Origin: Candidatus Kerfeldbacteria bacterium
GTDB lineage: Bacteria > Patescibacteriota > Patescibacteriia > UBA9570 > XYC2-FULL-38-9
Length of the DNA: 64,000 nucleotides
Reading direction: 5' to 3'
Assembly (NCBI GenBank): GCA_018500015.2
Contig: JAHBAR020000020.1
Location: 29,981-93,980 of the forward strand
Position 1 is the first letter of the stretch, and the number at the start of each line of letters is the position of its first letter. Below, one piece after another: positions 10,692 through 19,943 of the stretch. The notes beneath the pieces are model-generated. The model did no database searches and had not been told where the DNA came from. It saw only the letters and a list, made by a program, of their open reading frames with translations. The translations under genes and the position numbers were made by a program.

Positions 10692-11399
10692 TTATTTTGC
10701 TTCACCAAATTGAGCTTGGGACAATGCTTGGAATTGTTCAACCAAAATGTGTGCTGCTTGAGAGAATGCTTCTTCAGGAGCAACAGTACCATCAGTGACA
10801 ATGTCGAGGATCAATTTGTCGTAGTTAGTCATTTGACCGACACGAACGTGTTCGGTTTTGAAGTTCACAGTGCGCACTGGAGTGTAGACAGCATCAATAG
10901 CGATGTAGCCGACATCCATTTTTTCATGCTCACGCGCTTCAACAGTCACATAGCCGCGACCTTTTTGCACAACAATTTTCATGTTGAGTTCAGCAGCTTT
11001 GTCTGTGAGAGTTGCGATCACTGCATCAGAATTCACAACCTCAACTTGTGAGTTTGCTTTGAAATCTTTTGCAGTTACAACGCCCTCGCCTTTTTTAGTG
11101 AGCTCAAGTTCAACTGGTTCGTCAGAGAACATGTTGAAACGAAGCGCTTTCACATGAAGGATGATTTCAACGACATCTTCTTTTACATGAGGGATCGTCG
11201 AAAATTCGTGATCAACACCTTTAATTTTCATCGCTGTAGCAGCTGCGCCAGAGAGAGAAGACAACAATACGCGGCGCAATGCGTTGCCCAATGTATTTCC
11301 GTATTCTGGATAACATGGAGAAACGATGATGCGAGCAGCATGTGCCTTGTCTGCAATGCTTTCTGCAACGAACGATGTTGGCAAAGAAATCTGTTCCAT
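10692..11399 (-). CDS. rpoA: DNA-directed RNA polymerase alpha subunit, N-terminal domain only (235 aa)
   Basis: GNTLGNALRRVLLSSLSGAAATAMKIKGVDHEFSTIPHVKEDV. Synteny is rpsD-rpoA-rplQ. The ORF ends where the alpha NTD normally ends, and rplQ starts 7 nt later. Confidence 0.9.
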   Translation of the reverse strand: MEQISLPTSFVAESIADKAHAARIIVSPCYPEYGNTLGNALRRVLLSSLSGAAATAMKIKGVDHEFSTIPHVKEDVVEIILHVKALRFNMFSDEPVELELTKKGEGVVTAKDFKANSQVEVVNSDAVIATLTDKAAELNMKIVVQKGRGYVTVEAREHEKMDVGYIAIDAVYTPVRTVNFKTEHVRVGQMTNYDKLILDIVTDGTVAPEEAFSQAAHILVEQFQALSQAQFGEAK

Positions 11400-11411
11400 A
11401 GTCGTGTGAAA

Positions 11412-12047
11412 TTAAAGAGAATAGAGCTCAATGATAAGGTTCATTTGAATATCAGAACCGATCATATCCATGGTTGGTAATTGATTTACCGTAATGGTGA
11501 GTTGTTTGCGGTCAGCAGTGAGCCAGCTTGGCACGACTTGGTTCGGATTTTCTGTAGGAGGAAGGGCTTTCCAGTAATTGTCCTCTTTCTTTGTAGGACG
11601 CACGTTCAGCACATCAGATGGGGAAACGTGCATTGAAGGAATGTCAACGTTCTGACCGTTGAGCATGAAGTGACCATGTGAAACGAGCTGACGGGCTTGT
11701 TTGCGAGATGTTGCAAAACCTGCACGGTACACCACGTTATCGAGGCGCGTTTCGAGCATTTTGAGCATCTCTTCGCCAGTCTTACCGACAGCTGCTTTGG
11801 AACGCTCGTAGTACAAATGGAATTGGCGTTCGAGCAAACCGTATGTGCGTTTTGCGCGTTGTTTTTCACGCAGTTGCAAACCGTAGCCGCTCATACGAGG
11901 AGCTCGGCCTTTGCCGCCGTGCACACCAGGAAGCTGGTTGCGTTTTGTCACGGCGCATTTTGATGTATAGCAACGGTCACCTTTGAGGAAAAGTTTCTTT
12001 CCTTCACGGCGACACTGTTTGCATGATGAGATTGAAGTAGTAGCCAT
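11412..12047 (-). CDS. rpsD: 30S ribosomal protein S4
   Basis: CKQCRREGKKLFLKGDRCYTSKCA...YGLQLREKQRAKRTYGLLERQF. Confidence 0.95.
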   Translation of the reverse strand: MATTSISSCKQCRREGKKLFLKGDRCYTSKCAVTKRNQLPGVHGGKGRAPRMSGYGLQLREKQRAKRTYGLLERQFHLYYERSKAAVGKTGEEMLKMLETRLDNVVYRAGFATSRKQARQLVSHGHFMLNGQNVDIPSMHVSPSDVLNVRPTKKEDNYWKALPPTENPNQVVPSWLTADRKQLTITVNQLPTMDMIGSDIQMNLIIELYSL

Positions 12048-12061
12048 ATCAGAGTGTCATG

Positions 12062-12511
12062 TTACATGCGACGTGGTTTCTTTGGACGGCAACCGTTGTG
12101 TGGCATCGGAGTTTTGTCTTCAATGCTCATGATGTTGAGACCTTGAGCGTTGAGAGCGCGGATAGCACCTTCGCGGCCACTACCGATACCCATCACCAAC
12201 ACATCGATATCTTTGAGACCGATGTCTGCAAGTTTCTCCACAGCGTTTTTGACGATCACGCCAGCTGCGTATGGAGTTGATTTCTTTGGACCTTTGAATC
12301 CGCAACGACCAGCCGAAGACTGAGATAACGTGTTGCCAGTGAGGTCAGTAAACGTAACGATAGTATTGTTGTAGGATGCTTGAATATAGACGCGTCCACG
12401 AGTGACTTGTTTTTTCTTCTTGCCTTTGGACTTTTTCTTTGGAGCAACGGTCGCTGTAGCAGATGCAGCAGCTGTTGTTGCGTCGTCCTGTTGTTTCTTC
12501 TCTTCTTCCAT
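12062..12511 (-). CDS. rpsK: 30S ribosomal protein S11 with a Lys/Ala-rich N-terminal extension
   Basis: [22 protein letters not shown]...[13 protein letters not shown]...[12 protein letters not shown]. Confidence 0.95.
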   Translation of the reverse strand: MEEEKKQQDDATTAAASATATVAPKKKSKGKKKKQVTRGRVYIQASYNNTIVTFTDLTGNTLSQSSAGRCGFKGPKKSTPYAAGVIVKNAVEKLADIGLKDIDVLVMGIGSGREGAIRALNAQGLNIMSIEDKTPMPHNGCRPKKPRRM

Positions 12512-12520
12512 AGATCCAAA

Positions 12521-12913
12521 TTATGTTTTCTGATCAGATTGTTTGCGACCAGAGCCAGCAGTTTTGCGAACGTTACCGCGAACGGTACGATTGTTCGTCT
12601 TTGTGCGTTGACCGCGTGTTGGAAGATGGCGAGCGTGACGAGTGCCACGGTATGCGCCGATGTCCTTCAAACGTTTTACGTTTGCGAGAACTTCGCGACG
12701 CAATTCACCTTCAACTTTAATACCTTTGCGATCGAGCTCTTCACGAATTGCCTGAACTTGTGCCTCGGTCAAATCATGAACGCGAGTGTTGGGATTAATA
12801 CCAACGGTTTTTAAAACCTTTTTACTGAGCGTAAGACCAACGCCATAGAGATACGTAAGAGCGACCTCAATGCGCTTGTCTTTTGGCAAAGTAACACCTG
12901 AAATACGTGCCAT
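12521..12913 (-). CDS. rpsM: 30S ribosomal protein S13
   Basis: [34 protein letters not shown]...[20 protein letters not shown]. Confidence 0.95.
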   Translation of the reverse strand: MARISGVTLPKDKRIEVALTYLYGVGLTLSKKVLKTVGINPNTRVHDLTEAQVQAIREELDRKGIKVEGELRREVLANVKRLKDIGAYRGTRHARHLPTRGQRTKTNNRTVRGNVRKTAGSGRKQSDQKT

Positions 12914-12915
12914 AG

Positions 12916-13032
12916 TTAGCCTTGTCGTTGTTTATGCTTTGGATTAGTTGCGCAGATCACAAAAACACGACCACGTCGGCGGACGGTTTTACAATCCTTG
13001 CAGCGAACTTTAACAGATGCTTGAACCTTCAT
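12916..13032 (-). CDS. rpmJ: 50S ribosomal protein L36 (38 aa, below the ORF-track size cutoff)
   Basis: My translation of the reverse strand is [38 protein letters not shown] followed by a stop. It lies between infA and rpsM, as is usual. Confidence 0.9.
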   Translation of the reverse strand: MKVQASVKVRCKDCKTVRRRGRVFVICATNPKHKQRQG

Positions 13033-13035
13033 AAC

Positions 13036-13335
13036 TTACAAACGAGAAATTATTCTTCCCTTAGTTAAATCGTAGGGTGTCATTTCAACAATTACATCAT
13101 CGCCGGGAAGCACGCGTATTTTGTACATACGCATTTTTCCAGAAAGATGAGCCAGTACTTGGTGACCGTTTTCCAATGTGACGCGGAATGAAGCCGCGGG
13201 CAACAGCTCGTCGACCGTTCCTTTTACCTCTAAAAACCCCTTTTTGTTGGTTCGAATTGCAGCAGCATTTCGACGAGGATTGCTCGATGGTGCATCCTGG
13301 TTTGGTTGGCTTGAGGAATCGGTTGTCTGGATCAT
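13036..13335 (-). CDS. infA: Translation initiation factor IF-1 with an N-terminal extension of about 30 aa
   Basis: [63 protein letters not shown]. No in-frame alternative start lies nearer the S1 fold. Confidence 0.9.
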   Translation of the reverse strand: MIQTTDSSSQPNQDAPSSNPRRNAAAIRTNKKGFLEVKGTVDELLPAASFRVTLENGHQVLAHLSGKMRMYKIRVLPGDDVIVEMTPYDLTKGRIISRL

Positions 13336-13465
13336 GTTTGGCGTTTAACGCACAATGAATAAGACACTTTCTAGGCTAGCGGCCCAGAAAGTTGACGAAC
13401 AGTCATCACATTGTAAAGAGTTTCAGACAAGTTCGTGACTTCAGCTTTATAGAAGTGCGTTGCAT

Positions 13466-13493
13466 AGTATACCATATTTTTTTATGGTGTCAA
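13466..13493 (-). promoter_or_regulatory. Sigma70-type promoter for the infA-rpsI operon
   Basis: On the minus strand it reads TTGACA, a 16-nt spacer, then (TGg)TATACT. It lies about 125 nt upstream of the infA ATG. Confidence 0.6.
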
Positions 13494-13508
13494 ATAGCGC
13501 TTCGCACA

Positions 13509-13538
13509 CACCAAATCGGATATGCCACCAAATCGGAT
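13509..13538. repeat. Perfect 13-nt direct repeat, two copies with 17-nt period
   Basis: CACCAAATCGGAT occurs at 13509-13521 and 13526-13538 (minus-strand reading ATCCGATTTGGTG). It sits between the Clp stop at 13544 and the -35 box at 13488-13493. Confidence 0.8.
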
Positions 13539-13543
13539 TTATA

Positions 13544-16297
13544 CTATTCATGCACAACGCGCATAACACCACCAGCCTCCAAAACAAGGGTATCACGACG
13601 ACCAATATTGCCTTGAAGAAGGATCCGAGCAAGACCAGAATCAATCGTATCTTGGAGTAATCTGCGCAAAGGTCGTGCTCCATACATTGGATGATACCCT
13701 TTTTCAGCAAGCTCTGAGATGGCTTCAGCAGATACTTCGAGATTGATCCCTTTATCGGCTTTCAAACGCTGAGCAGTTTTTGCGATCATTCGGCGCGCGA
13801 TTTCATGCACGACCTCTTTTGACAACGGCGTACAAGCAACTACTTGGTCAAAACGATTCAACAACTCCGAACGGAATGATTGTGGCAACACTTTTTCCAT
13901 AAGCCATTCATGAATATCTTCAGAAGCCATCCCGGCATTGTATGCATTATATATATTTTGATTTGCAGCATTTGATGTTGCGATAATCATACAATTCGTA
14001 AAATCACATGTGCTCCCCTGCCCATCTGTCACGCGACCATCGTCCATAATTTGGAGGAATACATTCAGCACATCTGGATGCGCCTTCTCAAGTTCGTCGA
14101 GTAAAATGAGTCCGTACGGTTGCATACGAACACGCTCAGTGAGCAAGCCGGTCTCCCCTTTGCCGCCAATAAGTTTACGCACACTAAACGGATCTTGATA
14201 TTCAGTCATATCAAAACGGATAATGCCATGATTTTCACCAAAATATACGCTTGCCAACGCTTTTGCGAGCTCGGTTTTACCAACACCCGAAGGTCCGACG
14301 AATAACAAATTTGCAATTGGACGATTCGCTTCACGCAAACCTTCACGAGCTCGACGCACACTTTCGGCACATGCTTTCACTGCAGCATCTTGTCCAACAA
14401 CATACTCATGGAGCATCTCCTCCAAATGTAACAACTTTTGGCGCTCATCTTCTGTCAGTGACGTTACCGGAATCCCTGTTTTTTGAGAGATGACGTATGC
14501 AATGTCTTCGTGAGTGACTAATGACTTCTCTCCCTTTTTCTCAGCAACATAGAGCGCTGTTTCTGAAATGACATCAATAGCTTTTGCAGGGAGATAACGA
14601 TCATGAATATATTTTTTACTCCATTCAACCGCAGAGGCGATAGCCCGGTACGTAAAAAAAACGTGATGCTTGCTTTCTTCGATGAGCGCTCGCGCTTCGC
14701 ACACTTGGATTGCTTCACTCTCGCTCATTTCATTGATATGCACAAGTTGAAAACGGCGTAAAAACGGCGCATGTGACTCAATAAGCTGTTGATACTCTGC
14801 GGTGGTTGAGGTTGCAACAATATGCAGCCGCCCTTCTGACAATGCATTCATTAAAATAGAGGCCACATCTTCAGATCCTCCTGTAGAGCGCATGTTAATA
14901 AGATGATGAATATCTTCGATGCCTAAAATGATGTTCCCTGCATCTTCAATTTCTTGAATGACTTCTAACATTCGACTCTCAACAGCGCCCAACCCTTCAG
15001 CATGCGACAAAAGCGCCCCTGGATCAAGCACAACAAAACGCTTGTCTTGAAGGCTCTCCGGCACATCTTCTGCCGCCATGAGTTCGGCGACACCTTCAAA
15101 CATCGAGGTTTTTCCAGCACCGGAAGGTCCAACGCATAACACATTTCCATGCGGCTCTTGAAGAATGCGCATAACCTGTTCCATCTCATCGATTCGACCA
15201 ATCAATGGAAAAAACGCTCCACGCACAGCTCGTGCTGTATAATCGCTAGACAACGATTGTAAGAGCGGCGAAGGTCGAGCAGTCATCGACCGATTCATAA
15301 TACCCTTTGGTTTATGAGACGACTTTTTTTCCCACAATGCAAAACGCTCACGCAAATGCTCAGCGATACGAATCCATTCAATGGCTTGACGAACCGTATT
15401 GTCGTTGATTTCGAGTTCATCAAAAATTCGAGAAGACCATGCATCATGCTCAACAATAGCAATAAACAACTCCGCAACATCAACGGCACGCTGCTTATCA
15501 AGCAGCGCTGTTTCAAAAGCGTAGAAAAATAACTTTACAGAGTCTACACTGAGGTTGAGTCCTGCCCCGGTTTGCACATGTTCTGCCTGCATTGCGCGAG
15601 CAATCTGCTCCATCACGACCTTCGGAGCCAGACCCAAGCGCACAAATGTCGCGGCAAGCTTTCCTTCCTCAAAAATACCGGCCAGAATATGCAGCGGCGT
15701 AATTTGATGATGGTGGAGTTTTTTTGCAAGATGATAGGCATGATCAATCACCTCTAGTGCATCAGGAGTAAAAAATGTGGAAATGTCATATATTGCACTG
15801 CTTTGAAGATCTTTCAAGACTTCGTGAGTACGATGTGAAGGTAGCTCGTCCATACGCGCGTACTCTTCAGGAATTCTACGACCTAAAAATATAGTACGTT
15901 CAAGGCGATAATATAACAATCCATCAACAAGTAACGAAAGCCAAAAAAAACCAATGATGGGGTTTGGCTGCGTGAACAAACCAACAACAGATTCATAGCG
16001 AAAATGACCAACAACCACTGTGTATATACACAAAGCAATTCCTATCAAACCGATACATCCAAGGATGATATGAAGAGCAAGATTTAACACGCGCTGCATG
16101 CGGCGCTGCGACACATGGCGCGGACTCATTGGAAGATCCCACGCAAATGCACGCGAACGCATAATCGCGTACAGCGCTCTTTTTCCACGACACTGTGCAC
16201 ATGTCACATGATGTTGCGCAGGGGTGACGGTATACCCAAACCCTTTGCACACAAGGCATGGAATAAATTCAATATCAGATTGAAACACTTCTTGCAT
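13544..16297 (-). CDS. Double-ring Clp/Hsp100-type AAA+ ATPase with an N-terminal zinc finger and two TM helices
   Basis: 917 aa. The N-terminus has CLVCKGFG...CAQCRGKR (CxxCxGxG, DnaJ-like). Two hydrophobic helices follow (VLNLALHIILGCIGLIGIALCIYTVVV, IIGFFWLSLLVDGLLYY), then Clp_N-like repeats. D1 has Walker A GPSGAGKT and D2 has GPSGVGKT with LILLDELEKAH. I see no long coiled-coil M-domain and no IGF/LGF ClpP-docking loop. Confidence 0.8.
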   Translation of the reverse strand: MQEVFQSDIEFIPCLVCKGFGYTVTPAQHHVTCAQCRGKRALYAIMRSRAFAWDLPMSPRHVSQRRMQRVLNLALHIILGCIGLIGIALCIYTVVVGHFRYESVVGLFTQPNPIIGFFWLSLLVDGLLYYRLERTIFLGRRIPEEYARMDELPSHRTHEVLKDLQSSAIYDISTFFTPDALEVIDHAYHLAKKLHHHQITPLHILAGIFEEGKLAATFVRLGLAPKVVMEQIARAMQAEHVQTGAGLNLSVDSVKLFFYAFETALLDKQRAVDVAELFIAIVEHDAWSSRIFDELEINDNTVRQAIEWIRIAEHLRERFALWEKKSSHKPKGIMNRSMTARPSPLLQSLSSDYTARAVRGAFFPLIGRIDEMEQVMRILQEPHGNVLCVGPSGAGKTSMFEGVAELMAAEDVPESLQDKRFVVLDPGALLSHAEGLGAVESRMLEVIQEIEDAGNIILGIEDIHHLINMRSTGGSEDVASILMNALSEGRLHIVATSTTAEYQQLIESHAPFLRRFQLVHINEMSESEAIQVCEARALIEESKHHVFFTYRAIASAVEWSKKYIHDRYLPAKAIDVISETALYVAEKKGEKSLVTHEDIAYVISQKTGIPVTSLTEDERQKLLHLEEMLHEYVVGQDAAVKACAESVRRAREGLREANRPIANLLFVGPSGVGKTELAKALASVYFGENHGIIRFDMTEYQDPFSVRKLIGGKGETGLLTERVRMQPYGLILLDELEKAHPDVLNVFLQIMDDGRVTDGQGSTCDFTNCMIIATSNAANQNIYNAYNAGMASEDIHEWLMEKVLPQSFRSELLNRFDQVVACTPLSKEVVHEIARRMIAKTAQRLKADKGINLEVSAEAISELAEKGYHPMYGARPLRRLLQDTIDSGLARILLQGNIGRRDTLVLEAGGVMRVVHE

Positions 16298-16300
16298 ACA

Positions 16301-16669
16301 TCAAGAATTCACAGAAAAAAAATGAAACCACACTTGATATGCTAGAACGGGTGGAAAAATAAGCCACAAAAACAGCACCAGAATCCAGAATACTGACAAC
16401 ACACATGAAGAGAGCAACATCAATACAAAATGAACGCTGCGCACGCATATGCTAATGACACGGCTTACCGGGTCTCGAAAACCAAACATCGGCGCTGTAA
16501 TATAATGCGCGAGCGTTTTAATATGAAAATTACGAAAAATGCCTTCAATTTCATTGACGGCGAGCACCATAATTTTACGAGCACCACCAGTGTACCACCA
16601 CGCAGGCAACAACACGATCTGAACAATCAGAGTGAGAAGAACGTGTTGTAAAGCAAGCAGAGCTGACAT
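16301..16669 (-). CDS. Small hypothetical membrane protein
   Basis: Start taken at MSALLALQHVLLTLIVQIVLLPAWWY (16669). The longer ORF-track version overlaps the NUDIX gene. It has 3-4 hydrophobic segments and no family that I recognise. Confidence 0.4.
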   Translation of the reverse strand: MSALLALQHVLLTLIVQIVLLPAWWYTGGARKIMVLAVNEIEGIFRNFHIKTLAHYITAPMFGFRDPVSRVISICVRSVHFVLMLLSSCVLSVFWILVLFLWLIFPPVLAYQVWFHFFSVNS

Positions 16670-16709
16670 ATTTCTTTTTAGTATACCACAGAATACGCGC
16701 TCAAGAAAA

Positions 16710-17090
16710 CTAGAGAGCGGAAAAAAAGTTACGCACCGTATCGTACGAAAGCAAAACCATACACTCTTCAAATGTGCACCAACGCAATTCATCAGCCTCA
16801 GTATCTTTTGCCTCCGGTCGCTGTGCAACAACCCGCATCTCAAACATTGCCACACGTGAAGGCGCGCCATGAGGAAGAGTGTAGATCATATCGGGTAATG
16901 CACGCACAATTTCACACTGCAAACCGGTCTCTTCGAGCACTTCACGCAATGCGGCCGTCTCTACTTTTTCACCCGGCTCAATATGTCCTTTTGGAAAGGA
17001 CCAATCGTTGTATCGAGGACGATGAATACACAAAAAAAGCTGCACCCCGTTCTCTGTACGTGTAATAATTCCGCCAGCTTTATTGACCAT
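16710..17090 (-). CDS. NUDIX hydrolase
   Basis: Nudix box GHIEPGEKVETAALREVLEETGL. Confidence 0.8.
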   Translation of the reverse strand: MVNKAGGIITRTENGVQLFLCIHRPRYNDWSFPKGHIEPGEKVETAALREVLEETGLQCEIVRALPDMIYTLPHGAPSRVAMFEMRVVAQRPEAKDTEADELRWCTFEECMVLLSYDTVRNFFSAL

Positions 17091-18186
17091 ATGTTGACTT
17101 GAATACGGCTAAAAGTTCGTGTGCGGCACGACTCCATTCAAAACGACGGACATTTGCATAGCCACGCTCCTGCAACACTGAAGCGTAGGATGGACTATGA
17201 ACCACGGTAAGGATTGCACACGCTATACTGCGCGCATCGTTCGGATCGCACAATACTGCACTATCGCCCAACACCTCGGGTAATGAGGTGGTGGTTGTAG
17301 CAATGACCGGGATACCGTGTAGTTGAGCTTCAAGAGGCGGCAAACCAAAACCTTCATACACAGATGGGTATACCATGACAGAGGCACTTGAATACAACCG
17401 CTCTTTCTCATCTTCTGTTGCATACCCTCTGTATTCGACTCCAGCAACGCGCATACGATCAACTGTCGCTTGTGCGTGGTACCCTGCTTTACCTATGACT
17501 ACACATTCTATAGAAGGTAACTCTTTTTTCACCTCAACATAAGCATCGATCAGTGCATCTATATTTTTACGTGGCTCGATAGTGCTTACAGAAATGATGC
17601 GCGGTTGTACAGGAAAAGTATGTCCGCCACCATTGAGTTGCTCAATACCCGGGTACACAACAACGCATCGCCTTTCAGGCACACCATACACGGCCGACAC
17701 TTCACGTGCTGTACTTTTGGAAACGCACACCAGACGAGTTGCACGCGTCAACATCGTGCGTAACATACGATGCCAAAAACGACCTTTTAATGGAAGATAT
17801 GCGGGATACCGCTCAAATGAAAGATCATGTACGGTGAGTACCACAGGAAATGGCGGTTGTGTGCGTGGAACAAAATGTAAATTTGGCATCCAAAGCACAT
17901 CACACTCACCAAATAACCACGTCCACGAACGCCACATCCCTACGGCAATTGAAAACGTTACAAAACGTTTGGGTGCGCGAGTCAACCGCCAATGTATGTT
18001 GCTGCCAACAAACTCTTTTTGTGCACGCGCAAGCAACGCCCCATCGGGGTAATGAGAAAGGATGCACAACTCAAACTGGTGTTGAGGCGCGCTCTCAATG
18101 AGATGTTTCAGTTGAAAAAAGGTATACCACCCAACACCTGACGGTTTCGGTTCTTGTAGCGCTCGACAATCAACAGCAATGCGCAT
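17080..18186 (-). CDS. Glycosyltransferase family 4
   Basis: YEGFGLPPLEAQLHGIPVIATTTTSLPEV. 368 aa, GT-B layout. Confidence 0.8.
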   Translation of the reverse strand: MRIAVDCRALQEPKPSGVGWYTFFQLKHLIESAPQHQFELCILSHYPDGALLARAQKEFVGSNIHWRLTRAPKRFVTFSIAVGMWRSWTWLFGECDVLWMPNLHFVPRTQPPFPVVLTVHDLSFERYPAYLPLKGRFWHRMLRTMLTRATRLVCVSKSTAREVSAVYGVPERRCVVVYPGIEQLNGGGHTFPVQPRIISVSTIEPRKNIDALIDAYVEVKKELPSIECVVIGKAGYHAQATVDRMRVAGVEYRGYATEDEKERLYSSASVMVYPSVYEGFGLPPLEAQLHGIPVIATTTTSLPEVLGDSAVLCDPNDARSIACAILTVVHSPSYASVLQERGYANVRRFEWSRAAHELLAVFKSTYGQ

Positions 18187-18200
18187 ACTGTACCGTGTAT

Positions 18201-18824
18201 TTATGCTACACGATGTTCAGAGACAAAAAAGTCACGAGTGTAGGTGAGGACTACTCCAGCAACTATACCTGAAATCACCGCAATAATAACAACAAATGAA
18301 GGGTCCCAATGCTCTTTTACCACAATAGGATCTGCAGCTGTCAGTATGAATTGCGCAACACCATCCTGCGATCCTACCTCTTGAGCCTTTGATTCAATGA
18401 CTGTGGCTACAGCTCCTGCAAGTGCATATGCACGTGCTTGGTCAGCCTCAGTGAACTGCACAATGAAATTTTGCGCACCATATTGCCGTGTTTGAAAACG
18501 ATTGGTAAACCGACTGAGAGATTCAATAGTATACGGCACAGCAGCCTCATCGTACACATCTGAGACAATAGCAGGAGTCATCATCCAACTCATGGCATTT
18601 TGCGAGAACACCTCAGAAGCTTTGAGGTCTGAATAGGCCCCACCAAACTCATCATGTGCTCGGACCGATGGCTGAGCAAGAACAACATCAAACGATACAA
18701 TGGCGGTATATCCCACCGGGCGTTGTGTGGCAAAGAAAAAAGCTGCTAGACCAGCACCAATACCAAGGATAATGGCGAGCAGTGCTGACTCGCGAAGAAG
18801 TGAGAGATGGGATCGTGTATGCAT
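18201..18824 (-). CDS. Wzz-like chain-length-determinant / polysaccharide co-polymerase-like protein (short)
   Basis: It has N- and C-terminal TM helices (LLAIILGIGAGLAAFFF and VVIIAVISGIVAGVVL) flanking a soluble domain of about 140 aa. It lies inside the glycan locus. Confidence 0.4.
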   Translation of the reverse strand: MHTRSHLSLLRESALLAIILGIGAGLAAFFFATQRPVGYTAIVSFDVVLAQPSVRAHDEFGGAYSDLKASEVFSQNAMSWMMTPAIVSDVYDEAAVPYTIESLSRFTNRFQTRQYGAQNFIVQFTEADQARAYALAGAVATVIESKAQEVGSQDGVAQFILTAADPIVVKEHWDPSFVVIIAVISGIVAGVVLTYTRDFFVSEHRVA

Positions 18825-18842
18825 AGATATAGTGTACTGAGA

Positions 18843-19943
18843 TTAAGCGGCAGAAGCAACTGCCTCATCAACAGTCTGCTGTATCTTTTTCTTAAACTGC
18901 ACAACATCAAAACGCTCAACAGTAGCCCGAACTGTCTCAGGCTCAAACTGTTGCGCATCAAAATCCAAGATGGCGTTGGCAAAATCTTCCCATGTTTGAT
19001 ATTGAATGAGCAAGCCGTTTACACCGTGTTGCACAATTTCAGCAGCACCCCCCTTATTGTACGCAATAACCGGACGACCGGAAGCTAGAGCCTCAATCAT
19101 GGTGATGCCAAAATCTTCTTCTTGCGGATTTAAGAATGCTTGGCAATGTGCATAATGCTTCTTGAGCTCGGACTCAGAGATGCGCCCAAGAAATTCAATA
19201 TTTGGATGGGCCATTTTTTTCAGACGCTGCAGCTCAGGGCCTGTGCCAAAAATTTTGAGTGGTCGCCCAAGCTTGTTAAATGCTGTCACGAGTAAATCAA
19301 ATCGTTTGTAGGGAACCAGTCGACCACCAGCAAAAAAATAATTACCAACTTGGTCAAGAGGAACTGGGAAAAAATCAGACACCGTGACTGGAGGGTGAAT
19401 AATTTGAGCGTTTCGATGATAGTACTTTTTAATGCGGTGCTGGACAACAGCAGAGTTTGCGATAATGACATCAGCTCGTTCCGATGCTAAACGGTCCCAT
19501 ATGCGAACACGAGAAAGAAATAGTTGTAGAGGACGCTGGAGCATTTTTGGAACACCAATCTCTTGCACATACGAATGTGTGTCGCTCCATAAAAATCGTG
19601 TTGGTGTGTGACAATACGCGACATGTACAGTGTCGGGACGTGTGACAATCCCTTTTGCAAAGGATGAAGATGTTGAGATCACCACATCGTATTCAGAGAG
19701 ATCATAGCTCTCTACAGCTGTCGGCATCAACGGAAAAAACCATTGATATTTACGCAAACCAAATGGTAAGCGTTGAATGAATGAGGTGCGAATATCTTTG
19801 TCGTTAAAAAATGGATCGGCGTTTTTTGGATCATGCACAACAACGTACACAGGCGCATCTGGCCAAATTTCACAGAATACTTTGAGCACTTGTTCGGCAC
19901 CACCGTTTTGAGCGAGGTGATCATGGACTATGGCAACTTTCAT
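18843..19943 (-). CDS. Glycosyltransferase family 4
   Basis: MKVAIVHDHLAQNGGAEQV...EEDFGITMIEALASGRPVIAYNKGGAAEIV. Confidence 0.8.
   Translation of the reverse strand: MKVAIVHDHLAQNGGAEQVLKVFCEIWPDAPVYVVVHDPKNADPFFNDKDIRTSFIQRLPFGLRKYQWFFPLMPTAVESYDLSEYDVVISTSSSFAKGIVTRPDTVHVAYCHTPTRFLWSDTHSYVQEIGVPKMLQRPLQLFLSRVRIWDRLASERADVIIANSAVVQHRIKKYYHRNAQIIHPPVTVSDFFPVPLDQVGNYFFAGGRLVPYKRFDLLVTAFNKLGRPLKIFGTGPELQRLKKMAHPNIEFLGRISESELKKHYAHCQAFLNPQEEDFGITMIEALASGRPVIAYNKGGAAEIVQHGVNGLLIQYQTWEDFANAILDFDAQQFEPETVRATVERFDVVQFKKKIQQTVDEAVASAA

Noticed and set aside
10503-11051. 182-aa plus-strand ORF
   Set aside because: It is antisense to rplQ and rpoA, which are unambiguous, so it is a shadow ORF.
12256-12648. 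130-aa minus-strand ORF in an alternative frame
   Set aside because: It overlaps rpsK and rpsM out of frame. The ribosomal protein frames are clearly the real ones.
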